Positions 45,364 to 54,520 of a DNA stretch of 64,000 nt are shown one piece after another. The stretch is taken from positions 1-64,000 of the IMG/VR virus record IMGVR_UViG_3300033412_000004; one strand, given 5' to 3'. Within the stretch, counting starts at the first letter, position 1. Every line of letters begins with the position of its first letter. The notes under the pieces are model-generated. The model saw only the letters and a list, made by a program, of their open reading frames with translations, did not search any database and was not told the origin of the DNA. The position numbers and the translations under genes were made by a program. The DNA comes from a virus.

Positions 45364-46818
45364 ATGATGAGTGACGAGCGAACCGCAGCACCGGGCGCCA
45401 AGGCGTCTTTTGGCACCTATGGCAAGAGCTTCCAAGAGAAGATCATGCAAGCCTTGCTCTCCGACCGGCCGTGGGCCGAGCAGATGTTGGAGGTCTTTGA
45501 CGTCCAGTACTTTGAGCTCAGGTACCTGCAGTTCTTGGCGGACCGCTACTTTGGTCACGCCAAGAAATACAAGGTCTTTCCCACGCTGCAGCTTTTGGTC
45601 ACCATCATCCGTGATGAGCTGAGGGCAGGTACGGACATCATCCTGCGTGACCAGATCATCGACTACCTCCAACGGATGCGGTCCAATCCCGATCCGGGCG
45701 ACCTGGCCTACGTCAAAGAGAAGGCACTCGACTTCTGCCGCAAGCAGGCGTTGAAGCAGGCGCTGGAGAATGCCGTCGACGACATCGCTGCCGAGAAGTA
45801 TGAGCAGATCGTTGAAGGTATCAAGAAGGCGGTCTGCGTCGGCACCACGCCGCAGCTGGGCCACGATTTCTTCGCCGACTTTGACGCCCGGTTCACCCGC
45901 CTCCAGCGCAACTGTGTGCCCACTGGCCTCGACGAGCTCGACCGCAAGGACATCCTCAACGGTGGCCTCGGCGCCGGAGAGATCGGCGTCATCGTGGCGC
46001 CCACCGGCGTGGGCAAGAGCCACATGTTGACCTTCCTGGGTTGCAACGCCCTCCGCGCTGGCATCGACGTGTTGCACTACACCTTCGAGCTGTCGGAGGC
46101 CGCAGTGGGTCGTCGGTACGACTCCAACCTGTGTGATGTGGACTCCAACGACGTCATCGACAAGAAGGACTCCGTCATCTCCCAATACAAGGACATGAAG
46201 TTGGGTCGGCTCATGATCAAGGAGTTCCCGACTAACACGGCGACGATCTACACGCTGCGTAGCCACATCGAGCGACTCGACCTGAAGGGCTTCCGACCCG
46301 GCGTCATCATCATCGACTACGCTGACATCATGCGTTCAACGCGACAGTACGACTCGCTTCGGCACGAGCTGAAGTTGATCTACGAGGAGCTGCGTGGTTT
46401 TGCCGGTGAGAAGATGCTGCCCATCTGGACGGCGTCGCAGTCCAACAAAGAGGGCGCCAACCAGGAAGTCGTCGACCTGGGCAACATGAGCGAGGCCTAC
46501 GGCAAGGCGATGGTCGCGGACGTGGTGCTCAGCATCTCCAGAAAGGCCCACGAAAAATCGGACGGTCAGGGGAGGCTGTTCATTGCCAAGAACCGCGCCG
46601 GGCGCGACGGCATCGTCTATCCGGTCCACATTGACACAGCCCGCAGCAAGTTCGCCATCGCCGGGCGCGCCGCCAGCCCGGAGGACACCGCCAAGGACGA
46701 CGAGAAGGTGATGAAGAAAGCGCTCAAGCAGAAGTGGAATGAGCTACAGCGCGATCCCTCTCTCGGCAGCGGAACCCCCAGCGACGGGTCCGACGAACCC
46801 AAGGGTTCGAGCGAATAG
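45364..46818 (+). CDS. DnaB-like replicative helicase
   Basis: APTGVGKS, YTFELS, IIIDYADIM, WTASQSN, AKNRAG. Confidence 0.92.
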   Translation: MMSDERTAAPGAKASFGTYGKSFQEKIMQALLSDRPWAEQMLEVFDVQYFELRYLQFLADRYFGHAKKYKVFPTLQLLVTIIRDELRAGTDIILRDQIIDYLQRMRSNPDPGDLAYVKEKALDFCRKQALKQALENAVDDIAAEKYEQIVEGIKKAVCVGTTPQLGHDFFADFDARFTRLQRNCVPTGLDELDRKDILNGGLGAGEIGVIVAPTGVGKSHMLTFLGCNALRAGIDVLHYTFELSEAAVGRRYDSNLCDVDSNDVIDKKDSVISQYKDMKLGRLMIKEFPTNTATIYTLRSHIERLDLKGFRPGVIIIDYADIMRSTRQYDSLRHELKLIYEELRGFAGEKMLPIWTASQSNKEGANQEVVDLGNMSEAYGKAMVADVVLSISRKAHEKSDGQGRLFIAKNRAGRDGIVYPVHIDTARSKFAIAGRAASPEDTAKDDEKVMKKALKQKWNELQRDPSLGSGTPSDGSDEPKGSSE

Positions 46819-46904
46819 TTATGACCTGCACACAACTGAGCCGCGCATGGCCCAGCGGCTCCCTGCGAATTTTGCTGCTGGAAGTTCAGGAGAGAGCGAT
46901 CTAG

Positions 46905-49385
46905 ATGAAGACGTACGCCTACGATGAAGTAAGGGATGCATCGGTTCAATACTTCAGCGGGGACGAGCTGGCCGCCGACGTGTTCGCCGGCAAGTACGCC
47001 CTTCAAGACCTGAAGGGCAACATCTACGAGAAGACGCCCACGGACATGCACCGCCGTCTGGCTCGTGAGTTTGCTCGTGCCGAATCGAAGTACCCGAACC
47101 CGATGACCGAAGACGAGATCTTCGATCTGTTGGCGGATTGGCGCGTGGTGCCGCAAGGCAGTCCCATGTCTGCGATCGGCAACCCGTTCCAGATCCAGTC
47201 TCTGTCCAATTGCTTCGTCATCGAGTCTCCCTATGACTCGTACGGCGGCATCATGAAGACGGACCAGGAAGAGGTCCAAATCATGAAGCGTCGTGGTGGC
47301 GTGGGCTTTGACCTGTCGACCATTCGGCCGAAGGGATTGCCCGCAGCCAACGCCGCGCGCACCACGGACGGTCTTGGCGTTTTCATGGAGCGCTACAGTA
47401 ATACGTGCCGTGAAGTGGCCCAGGGCGGCCGCCGCGGTGCCTTGATGTTGACGATCTCTGTTCACCACCCTGAAGTGCTGACGTTCGTTAACATCAAGCG
47501 CGATCGAAATCTCGTCACTGGCGCCAACGTCTCCGTTCGGATGACCAACGAGTTCATGGACGCCGTCAAGCGCGGCGACAAGTACCAGCAGCGCTTTCCG
47601 GTCGACCCGAACGTGCCGCACATCATCGAACAGGAAGTTGATGCGCGGGAAGTGTGGCTCAACATCGTTAAGGCGATGCGTGACTGCTCAGAACCGGGCA
47701 TGTTGTTCTGGGATGCGATCCAGGAACGCTCGCCAGCCGACGCCTACGCTGCGTTCGGTTACGGCACCGTGTCGACCAATCCATGCGGTGAGATCACGCT
47801 GTCGCCATACGACAGCTGCCGCCTGTTGCTCATCAACCTTGCGAAGTTCGTTAAGAACCCGTTCACATCGAAGGCGCGCTTCGACTATGCGGCGTTCGGC
47901 ACCGTCGTCCAGAAGTCACAGCGCATGATGGATGACCTCATCGACCTCGAGCTGGAGGCGGTGGATCGCATCTTGGCGAAGATTGAGGCAGACCCAGAGC
48001 CCGCCGACATCAAGCGCCTTGAGAAGGAACTGTGGAAGAAGATTCGCAATGCCGCTGTCAACGGCCGCCGCACAGGCTTGGGCCTGACGGCGCTGGGCGA
48101 CACTTTCGCCTACCTCGGCCTGGCATATGGCTCTGACGACAGCATCGCGTTGACTGAGGAAATCTACAAGGCGCTGGCGGTGAATTCGTATCGCTCCAGC
48201 GTGACGATGGCGAAGGAACGCGGGCCGTTTCCCATCTTCTCACATGACGTGGAGAAGAATCACGTCTTCATCAAGCAGATCATGGCAGTTGACCCGGAGC
48301 TGCAGCAGGAGTACCTGCAGTACGGCCGTCGCAACATCGCCAACACGACGACAGCGCCGGCGGGCTCAACGTCAATCGAGACCCAGACCACGTCGGGCTG
48401 CGAACCCGTCCTCTTCGTCAAGGCACGCCGCAAGCGGAAGATCAATCCCAGCGACAAGCAGGCCCGCGTTGATGAAGTCGACAAGAAGGGCGACTCGTGG
48501 CAGTACTACGACGTCTTTCACCACGGCGTCAGCAAATGGATGGAAGTGACGGGTGAGTCAGACGTCGAGAAGTCGCCGTACCACGGTTCGACCGTCGAAG
48601 AAATCGATTGGCTCAAGAAGATTGACATCCAAGCTGCGGCGCAGAAGTGGATCTGTCACAGCATCAGCAACACGACCAACCTGCCCAAGGACGTGTCCGA
48701 AGAGACGGTCGAGAAGCTGTGCCTCCACGGTTGGGAAACGGGTTGCAAGGGCGTCACCATCTATCGCATTGGCTCCCGTGACGCTGTCATCGTCAAGGAA
48801 ACGGACGCACAAGGTCAGCCGCTGGAAATTGTTGAGACCCACGCCCCCAAGCGACCCAAGGAGTTGGAATGCGACATCCACCGCGCGACGGTGGGCGGCG
48901 AGAACTACCTCGTCCTGGTCGGGCTGCTCAACGACCGTCCCTACGAGATCTTTGCGGGCTTGTCGGCACACGTCGAGGTCCCCAAGAAGTCGAAGAAGGG
49001 CACCCTCATCAAGAACGGCAAGAACAAGGACGGCGTGGCGACCTACAACCTGCGCATCCCCATCGGAGACGATGATGAGCTGATGTTCAGGGACATCGCC
49101 CAGATGTTCGACAACCCGAACCACGGTGCCCTGACCCGGACCATCTCGTTGGCGCTGCGCCACGGCGCCCCAATTCAGTACTTGGTCGAGCAGCTGCGGA
49201 AGGACAAGCACAGCGACTTCTTCTCCTTCTCCAGCGTCATTGCCAGGACTTTTGCGAAGAACTACATCGCGGATGGCACCAAAGTCACTATCGAAAAGAC
49301 GTGTCCGAGCTGTGGTAGCACCCAGTTGGCCTATCAACAGGGCTGCGTCACGTGTATGAGCTGCGGCAACGGCAAGTGCGGGTGA
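46905..49385 (+). CDS. nrdJ: Class II (adenosylcobalamin-dependent) ribonucleotide reductase
   Basis: SNCFV, GGVGFD, RRGALM, TNPCGE, APAGSTS, HSISNT, KGVTIYR; C-terminal PYEIF domain and Zn ribbon; no beta subunit adjacent. Confidence 0.9.
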   Translation: MKTYAYDEVRDASVQYFSGDELAADVFAGKYALQDLKGNIYEKTPTDMHRRLAREFARAESKYPNPMTEDEIFDLLADWRVVPQGSPMSAIGNPFQIQSLSNCFVIESPYDSYGGIMKTDQEEVQIMKRRGGVGFDLSTIRPKGLPAANAARTTDGLGVFMERYSNTCREVAQGGRRGALMLTISVHHPEVLTFVNIKRDRNLVTGANVSVRMTNEFMDAVKRGDKYQQRFPVDPNVPHIIEQEVDAREVWLNIVKAMRDCSEPGMLFWDAIQERSPADAYAAFGYGTVSTNPCGEITLSPYDSCRLLLINLAKFVKNPFTSKARFDYAAFGTVVQKSQRMMDDLIDLELEAVDRILAKIEADPEPADIKRLEKELWKKIRNAAVNGRRTGLGLTALGDTFAYLGLAYGSDDSIALTEEIYKALAVNSYRSSVTMAKERGPFPIFSHDVEKNHVFIKQIMAVDPELQQEYLQYGRRNIANTTTAPAGSTSIETQTTSGCEPVLFVKARRKRKINPSDKQARVDEVDKKGDSWQYYDVFHHGVSKWMEVTGESDVEKSPYHGSTVEEIDWLKKIDIQAAAQKWICHSISNTTNLPKDVSEETVEKLCLHGWETGCKGVTIYRIGSRDAVIVKETDAQGQPLEIVETHAPKRPKELECDIHRATVGGENYLVLVGLLNDRPYEIFAGLSAHVEVPKKSKKGTLIKNGKNKDGVATYNLRIPIGDDDELMFRDIAQMFDNPNHGALTRTISLALRHGAPIQYLVEQLRKDKHSDFFSFSSVIARTFAKNYIADGTKVTIEKTCPSCGSTQLAYQQGCVTCMSCGNGKCG

Positions 49386-49410
49386 TACTTATCGCCCAGA
49401 GGTGTCGTCG

Positions 49411-49908
49411 ATGAAGCTCACTCCACGCATGGCTAAGGAGATCAATTCCATCGTTCAGGAAGAGGTACAAGGTGCCCTGGAGGGTCGCCGCCTGGCTGAA
49501 CGAATCACTCGCAAGGTCGATCAGAAGCCTGTCAAGCTGAACAAGCTGCAGCTGCGGTCGTTGCTCCGAGAGGCGATCCAGGGCAGGCAGCCCGGTGAGC
49601 CCGAGCCGTTCCAGATGACCGAGAAGTTCGGCGCCTACGACGTTGAGAACCGCTACGACATGGGCGAGGAAGAGCCCATGATGCCTCACAACTTCGAGGC
49701 CACCCACAAGGAGCTGTTCAGCCAGGCGCTGGACCCGGTGGTCGGCGAGTTCGTCGAAGGGCTGATGGAGATGTACGATGCCGGCTTTGCCCCTGAAGGT
49801 CGTGAAGGCGCTCGCAAGGCGTGTGAAGCGGCTGGCCAGGAGATGAAGGCCGAGCTGATGTCGGTCATCGAGAAGTGGCTCGAAGAGGGCATCGACAGGA
49901 TCGTCTGA
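49411..49908 (+). CDS. Acidic protein with two targeting-helix copies
   Basis: MKLTPRMAKEINSIVQEE and internal KLNKLQLRSLLREAI; TACTTA at 49386. Confidence 0.6.
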   Translation: MKLTPRMAKEINSIVQEEVQGALEGRRLAERITRKVDQKPVKLNKLQLRSLLREAIQGRQPGEPEPFQMTEKFGAYDVENRYDMGEEEPMMPHNFEATHKELFSQALDPVVGEFVEGLMEMYDAGFAPEGREGARKACEAAGQEMKAELMSVIEKWLEEGIDRIV

Positions 49909-50174
49909 TGAAGATGCGCGTCGGCGATCTCCGACGGGTGATCCGCGAAGAATTCATGCGCGGCGTCCCCGAGTGGGCACTTCGACAGGCGACGTCGAAG
50001 TACGTAGAGGAGATCCGTCAACACGTCAAGACGTTCATCATGATGAACAAGTCCCAGACAGGAGAAGGTCAGAAGGAAGCCATCGCGGCGGCCAACCTGG
50101 TCCTCGAAGAGTTGGAGGACGAGACCTACGATCTTCTGGAAGATAAGCTGTACCAGTTCATCAGGAGGGTGTGA
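49908..50174 (+). CDS. Small protein with N-terminal targeting helix
   Basis: MKMRVGDLRRVIREEF; TGATG coupling. Confidence 0.62.
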   Translation: MKMRVGDLRRVIREEFMRGVPEWALRQATSKYVEEIRQHVKTFIMMNKSQTGEGQKEAIAAANLVLEELEDETYDLLEDKLYQFIRRV

Positions 50175-50986
50175 TGCAGAAGATGACGTTGCTGCTTGAG
50201 AGCCAGCCTCGTTACGCTGGATTTTGGAAGGCATCCGACGGCAAGTGGTACCTCGACATGGCCGACCACCCGGAACCCGAGTCGGAGTACGACGAGGACG
50301 GTGAGGAGCGCGATTACTACGGCCCCGAGGGACAGTATGAGGACTCGACGACGTACGGTCCTTTCCCCTCGCAGCAGGCGGCTGATGACTTCATGAGCTC
50401 CAACTGGGCCAACCCCGGCTCGTTTTACGAGGACGACTCCGGCAAGAAGCCACCGCCCAAGAAGAGCCCGAACGGCAGGCCCATTGAGTCGCCTGGTTCC
50501 TCAGGTCGCCGCAGTGGCGTAGGCTACTACGGCTTCGGCGGCAGCTATGGTTCAGGCGGATTTTCAACCGGAGCGCGTGACTACTTCACTCGGCCGTCGA
50601 CTCCCAAGCCGGCGGCCGCTCCGGCCCCTGCACCGAAACCCGCCGCAGCAAAGCCCGCGCCCGTCGCGCCCGCGGGAAAAGCGGCGCAACCGCCTGCGAA
50701 ACAAGCTGAAAAGCCCAAAGGTCCGAAAACAACTTACAAGGTCTACAACGGCACCGGCACGGGCAAGGCAGTGACCGGATCATCGCCCATCCACACGCGG
50801 ATCAAAGGCAAGGTCTACGCTCCCACGGGCATCAGCAAGTTCAAGCCCAATGACAAGGCGAGCGTGGCAATCGATCCCGACGGCAAATCGGCGAAGGTAA
50901 CCGACGGCGACCGCTCGCAGGTGTGGACGCACCGCGAGGCGTTTGAGCAGCTGATCGGCGAGTTCATCGAGCTGATGAACGACTGA
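50174..50986 (+). CDS. Two-domain protein sharing its C-terminal domain with 10152..11597
   Basis: Acidic aromatic N-domain, G/Y and P/A linkers, then TYKVY..PIHTRIKGK..KFK..QVW. Confidence 0.65.
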   Translation: MQKMTLLLESQPRYAGFWKASDGKWYLDMADHPEPESEYDEDGEERDYYGPEGQYEDSTTYGPFPSQQAADDFMSSNWANPGSFYEDDSGKKPPPKKSPNGRPIESPGSSGRRSGVGYYGFGGSYGSGGFSTGARDYFTRPSTPKPAAAPAPAPKPAAAKPAPVAPAGKAAQPPAKQAEKPKGPKTTYKVYNGTGTGKAVTGSSPIHTRIKGKVYAPTGISKFKPNDKASVAIDPDGKSAKVTDGDRSQVWTHREAFEQLIGEFIELMND

Positions 50987-51012
50987 CCTGACGTACAGTA
51001 CTGTTCTCCGAC

Positions 51013-51303
51013 ATGGAGACGTCGTACTTTGATTGTCAGTGTAGTGACTTCGGTCACACCTTTCGTTTCATCCTAGACGAAAAGGACGGTGACCTCTGGC
51101 TTGAGGTCCAACTTCGAGCGTGGGAGCCGTGGTACAAGCGCGCCTGGCACGCACTGAAGTACGTGTTCGGCCGCAAAGTCGCCTACGGGTTCTACGATAC
51201 CACGATGGTGAAGCCGGAAGAGTTTGACCGCCTGCGAGCCCTGCTCGACAAGGCAGAAGCGGCCCACAGAAGGGCCTACGAAAAACCCGTGACGGAGGGA
51301 TGA
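51013..51303 (+). CDS. Hypothetical protein
   Basis: CQC..H motif; TGAACG-17-TACTGT upstream. Confidence 0.6.
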   Translation: METSYFDCQCSDFGHTFRFILDEKDGDLWLEVQLRAWEPWYKRAWHALKYVFGRKVAYGFYDTTMVKPEEFDRLRALLDKAEAAHRRAYEKPVTEG

Positions 51304-51311
51304 GGTAACCA

Positions 51312-52238
51312 ATGGCATACGGAGCGAGAGTTCTTGCGGACAGCGTTGCGCTGCACAGGTGGCCCAATCGCGTGGAGCAAGGTACGCGGCTGACGACGAT
51401 CGAGGTGACGTTCCCTCGGATCGTATTGGCGGAATTCAACACGCACCGCGTCTTCAGTCGCAACAGCGCCTCCAGTCGGGCGATTCCCGTCGAGAAGCGC
51501 ATCGCCGCCGTCGAAGCTGATCCCTTCGTTCCGGAGGTGTTTGGCAAGAATCAAAAGGGCATGCAGGCCAGTGAGAACCTCAGTGAAGAGGACGCTGACA
51601 TGGCCCGACAGGAATGGATGTTGGCGTGCAAGGACGCCGTCTATCGCGCCAGGCAGTTGGCGGCCCGCGGCGTCCACAAGCAATTGGCCAACCGCCTGAT
51701 CGAACCGTTCTGTTGGCACACTGTCATCGTCACCGCGACCGAGTGGGAAAACTTCTTCGCGCTGCGGTGTCACCCCGACGCTCAACCCGAAATTCGGGTC
51801 GCCGCCGAGTGGATGCAGGCCGTCTACGACCAGAGCGTCCCCCAGGAGCTCGACGAGGACATGTGGCACCTGCCGCTGCTCCCCGACGCGCCGCAGCTGC
51901 TGAGCGAAGGCTACTCGATGGCCGACCTGTGCCGCATCAGCGTCGGTCGCTGCGCTCGGGTGTCGTACCTGACCCACGACGGTCGTCGAGATCCGTCGGC
52001 CGACCTGGACCTAGCGGCGAAGCTGCAGTATTCAGGTCACATGAGCCCGTTTGAACACGTGGCACGTCCCATGAACCGCAGCGAGTGCGAGTACAAGTAC
52101 GGCACTCACGGCGAATTCGTCGGAGACAACATGACGCCCCAGAAGAACTTCTGTGGCAACTTCAAGGGATGGATTCAGCTACGAAAAGAGCTGCCCCATG
52201 AGGACAACTTCCGCGAGGCGATGCTGGCGAGGGATTGA
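51312..52238 (+). CDS. thyX: FAD-dependent thymidylate synthase (phage ThyX-like)
   Basis: AEFNTHRVFSRNSASSRAIP, HKQLANRLIEPF, FFALRCHPDAQPEI, GHMSPFEH. Confidence 0.85.
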   Translation: MAYGARVLADSVALHRWPNRVEQGTRLTTIEVTFPRIVLAEFNTHRVFSRNSASSRAIPVEKRIAAVEADPFVPEVFGKNQKGMQASENLSEEDADMARQEWMLACKDAVYRARQLAARGVHKQLANRLIEPFCWHTVIVTATEWENFFALRCHPDAQPEIRVAAEWMQAVYDQSVPQELDEDMWHLPLLPDAPQLLSEGYSMADLCRISVGRCARVSYLTHDGRRDPSADLDLAAKLQYSGHMSPFEHVARPMNRSECEYKYGTHGEFVGDNMTPQKNFCGNFKGWIQLRKELPHEDNFREAMLARD

Positions 52239-52250
52239 ATAGGTACTGCC

Positions 52251-52598
52251 ATGTATCAGTACGCCTCAAAAGTCACCCACGTCGTCGACGGTGACACCGT
52301 TGACCTGTCGGTCGACCTCGGATTCATGGTCAGCGTCCTCGTTCGTTTCCGGCTCGCCGACATCAACGCTCCTGAAATGAAGAACGAGACGTTGGCGGCA
52401 GGCAAGGCGTCGAAGGCACACCTGGAGGCGCTGCTCGGCGACGCTCAGATGGGAATCATTCGCCTCGACTCGTTGGGCAAGGACAAGTACGGCCGCTGGG
52501 TCGCCAAGCTCTACTACGTCAGCGTAGCGACTGGTGAGACCGTCGACGTCAACGCCAAGATGATTGCCGACGGTTTCGCCGTAGCCTACGTTCCGTGA
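52251..52598 (+). CDS. Thermonuclease (SNase-like)
   Basis: VVDGDTVD, RLADINAPE, DKYGRWVA. Confidence 0.88.
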   Translation: MYQYASKVTHVVDGDTVDLSVDLGFMVSVLVRFRLADINAPEMKNETLAAGKASKAHLEALLGDAQMGIIRLDSLGKDKYGRWVAKLYYVSVATGETVDVNAKMIADGFAVAYVP

Positions 52599-52630
52599 AC
52601 TGAGAACTGCGCGGAGGGTACTATGGCACC

Positions 52631-53218
52631 ATGTTCGCAAACTTGGTTGCCGTTGAAGGCCCTGATCGGGTAGGAAAGCAGACACAGACTCGGTTGTTGA
52701 CCGAGCGTCTTCGCAGTGAAGGTCACAAGGTGGCGTTGGTGGAGGTGCCGTTCAACGACGGCAGCACGTATCGCCTCATCTACTGGATGTTGAAGCGTGG
52801 CTACGCCAAGACGCTGCCCAACCTGTTTCAGCTCGTCCAGTTCTTCAACAAGTTCTTCTTTCAGGCGACGGTCCTGGTGTGGTTGTGGTTGACCCACGAC
52901 TACGTCGTCTTCGACCGTTGGAGCCTGTCAGCGATCGTCTATGGCGACGCCACTGGCGTCAACAGAATTTTCAATCGCGTCCTCCTCTTCTTGCTGAAGG
53001 ACCCGAACCTGACGATCGTGCTGCACGGTCCCCGGTTGACCGATCAGACCGAGGACGTCTATGAGCGCGACACCGACCTGCAAAAGGCAGTACGCCGCGG
53101 TTACTACGATTGGGCACTGGCTCACCCGTGGAACCACGAGCTCATCGACAACAAGGGCACTCGCAGTGAGGTCCATGAGCGCGTCCTCGACGCGATGGAA
53201 CGGTCAGGTGTCCTGTGA
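52631..53218 (+). CDS. tmk: Thymidylate kinase-like protein
   Basis: VAVEGPDRVGKQTQ P-loop, VFDRWSLS..YG, PNLTIVL, YE. Confidence 0.78.
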   Translation: MFANLVAVEGPDRVGKQTQTRLLTERLRSEGHKVALVEVPFNDGSTYRLIYWMLKRGYAKTLPNLFQLVQFFNKFFFQATVLVWLWLTHDYVVFDRWSLSAIVYGDATGVNRIFNRVLLFLLKDPNLTIVLHGPRLTDQTEDVYERDTDLQKAVRRGYYDWALAHPWNHELIDNKGTRSEVHERVLDAMERSGVL

Positions 53219-53838
53219 AATTCCAAGTCATCGTCTCTGACCCGCCGTGGTCGTTCGAAGACGGCCTCAAGAAGATGAAGTCCCCGACGCGGCGGTCAGC
53301 CATCTCACAGTACTCGACGATGTCGTTGTCTGAGATCTGCGACATCAGGGTGCCCGACCTCGTCGATCCTGCCGGCTGCGTCCTCGCACTGTGGGTTCCG
53401 TCGACGCTGCTGCCCGACGGGCTGAAGGTGATGGACGCCTGGGGTTTCAAGTTGAAGCAGACGTTCGTTTGGGTCAAGACGAAGAAGCCCAAGCAGGTCA
53501 AAAAGCAGCTCGTGGTCTACACAGATCCGAACGATGCGTTGGCATTCGGCATGGGCCGCCTGTTTCGCCAGTCTCACGAACTGGTGCTGATCGGCACTGC
53601 GGGAAAGACAGTCTATCCGTGGCTGGAGGACCACTCGCAGCGCTCCGTCATCATGGCGCCGAACCTCGGCCACTCTCGAAAACCTGAAGGGCTGCAGGAT
53701 CGCCTCGATCTGATGTTTCCCGAGGCGCAGCGCCTGGAGATGTTCGCCCGCCGGAAGCGTGATCCGTGGATCTGCCTCGGAGACGCCATCGACGGAAAGG
53801 ACATCCGGGACGCTGTACATGATCTCTCGCTAGTGTAG
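53215..53838 (+). CDS. MT-A70-family N6-adenine methyltransferase
   Basis: VIVSDPPW, LALWV, WGFK..FVWVK, HSRKP, LEMFAR. Confidence 0.9.
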   Translation: MKFQVIVSDPPWSFEDGLKKMKSPTRRSAISQYSTMSLSEICDIRVPDLVDPAGCVLALWVPSTLLPDGLKVMDAWGFKLKQTFVWVKTKKPKQVKKQLVVYTDPNDALAFGMGRLFRQSHELVLIGTAGKTVYPWLEDHSQRSVIMAPNLGHSRKPEGLQDRLDLMFPEAQRLEMFARRKRDPWICLGDAIDGKDIRDAVHDLSLV

Positions 53839-53848
53839 AGTCGAGGCC

Positions 53849-54190
53849 ATGAGCGAACATTTGATTGAAGGTCTGCACGTTGACGTCAAGGGAACCGAGC
53901 TCAAGGAGCTGCTCCTGGGCCGCTTGAAGTACCACAACGACAAGGTCTCGAACTACGAGAAGCAGCTGGTTGAGCTGAAGCGGGTCGACAAGGCCCTCGC
54001 TGAAGACGCCGAGCAGATCTCGAAGTTTTCGACGCAGTCTCCGGCGCAGAGCCTGGAGCAGGCGATCAAGAAGCACAAGGACCAGACGATCTACTACCGA
54101 TTCGTCGCTGATCACATCATCACGGCAGCGGTGTACCGTTTGGGAGAGCACGAACTGCAGCGGCTCGGCATTCAGAGCGACCGCTACTGA
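53849..54190 (+). CDS. Hypothetical protein
   Basis: 113-aa helical ORF; TGTACA-16-TAGAGT upstream. Confidence 0.6.
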   Translation: MSEHLIEGLHVDVKGTELKELLLGRLKYHNDKVSNYEKQLVELKRVDKALAEDAEQISKFSTQSPAQSLEQAIKKHKDQTIYYRFVADHIITAAVYRLGEHELQRLGIQSDRY

Positions 54191-54198
54191 GGAGAACC

Positions 54199-54459
54199 AT
54201 GTCACAATTGAAAATCGCAGACACCGTCTGGCACCGAGTCGTGCAGATCATTCAAGAGGCAATGTTGGAGGGCGTCGATTGCGCCGACCTCCTGCGCCAG
54301 GTCCGGGTCGTCCCGGATTCATCGGATCCGCACGTTTTGACGCTATCGCCGGAGTACGAGCACCAGGTCAAGGAGATGCACGACAAGCTCTTGGCACGAG
54401 CGGAGGAGCTGCAAGCTGCTCAAAAGCCGAAGCTACTTATCGGCGATGGGAACAACTGA
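54199..54459 (+). CDS. Hypothetical protein
   Basis: 86-aa ORF with GAGGAG RBS. Confidence 0.6.
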   Translation: MSQLKIADTVWHRVVQIIQEAMLEGVDCADLLRQVRVVPDSSDPHVLTLSPEYEHQVKEMHDKLLARAEELQAAQKPKLLIGDGNN

Positions 54460-54520
54460 GTTCATCGCCCTAAGCATCATCCTGATCTTCTGTTGGATGT
54501 TTCCTGGAGAGCCTGACGAC

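Noticed and set aside
41515-49385. Inteins or introns in RecA, helicase or RNR
   Set aside because: Lengths are normal, motifs are contiguous, and no C...HN splice motifs are present.
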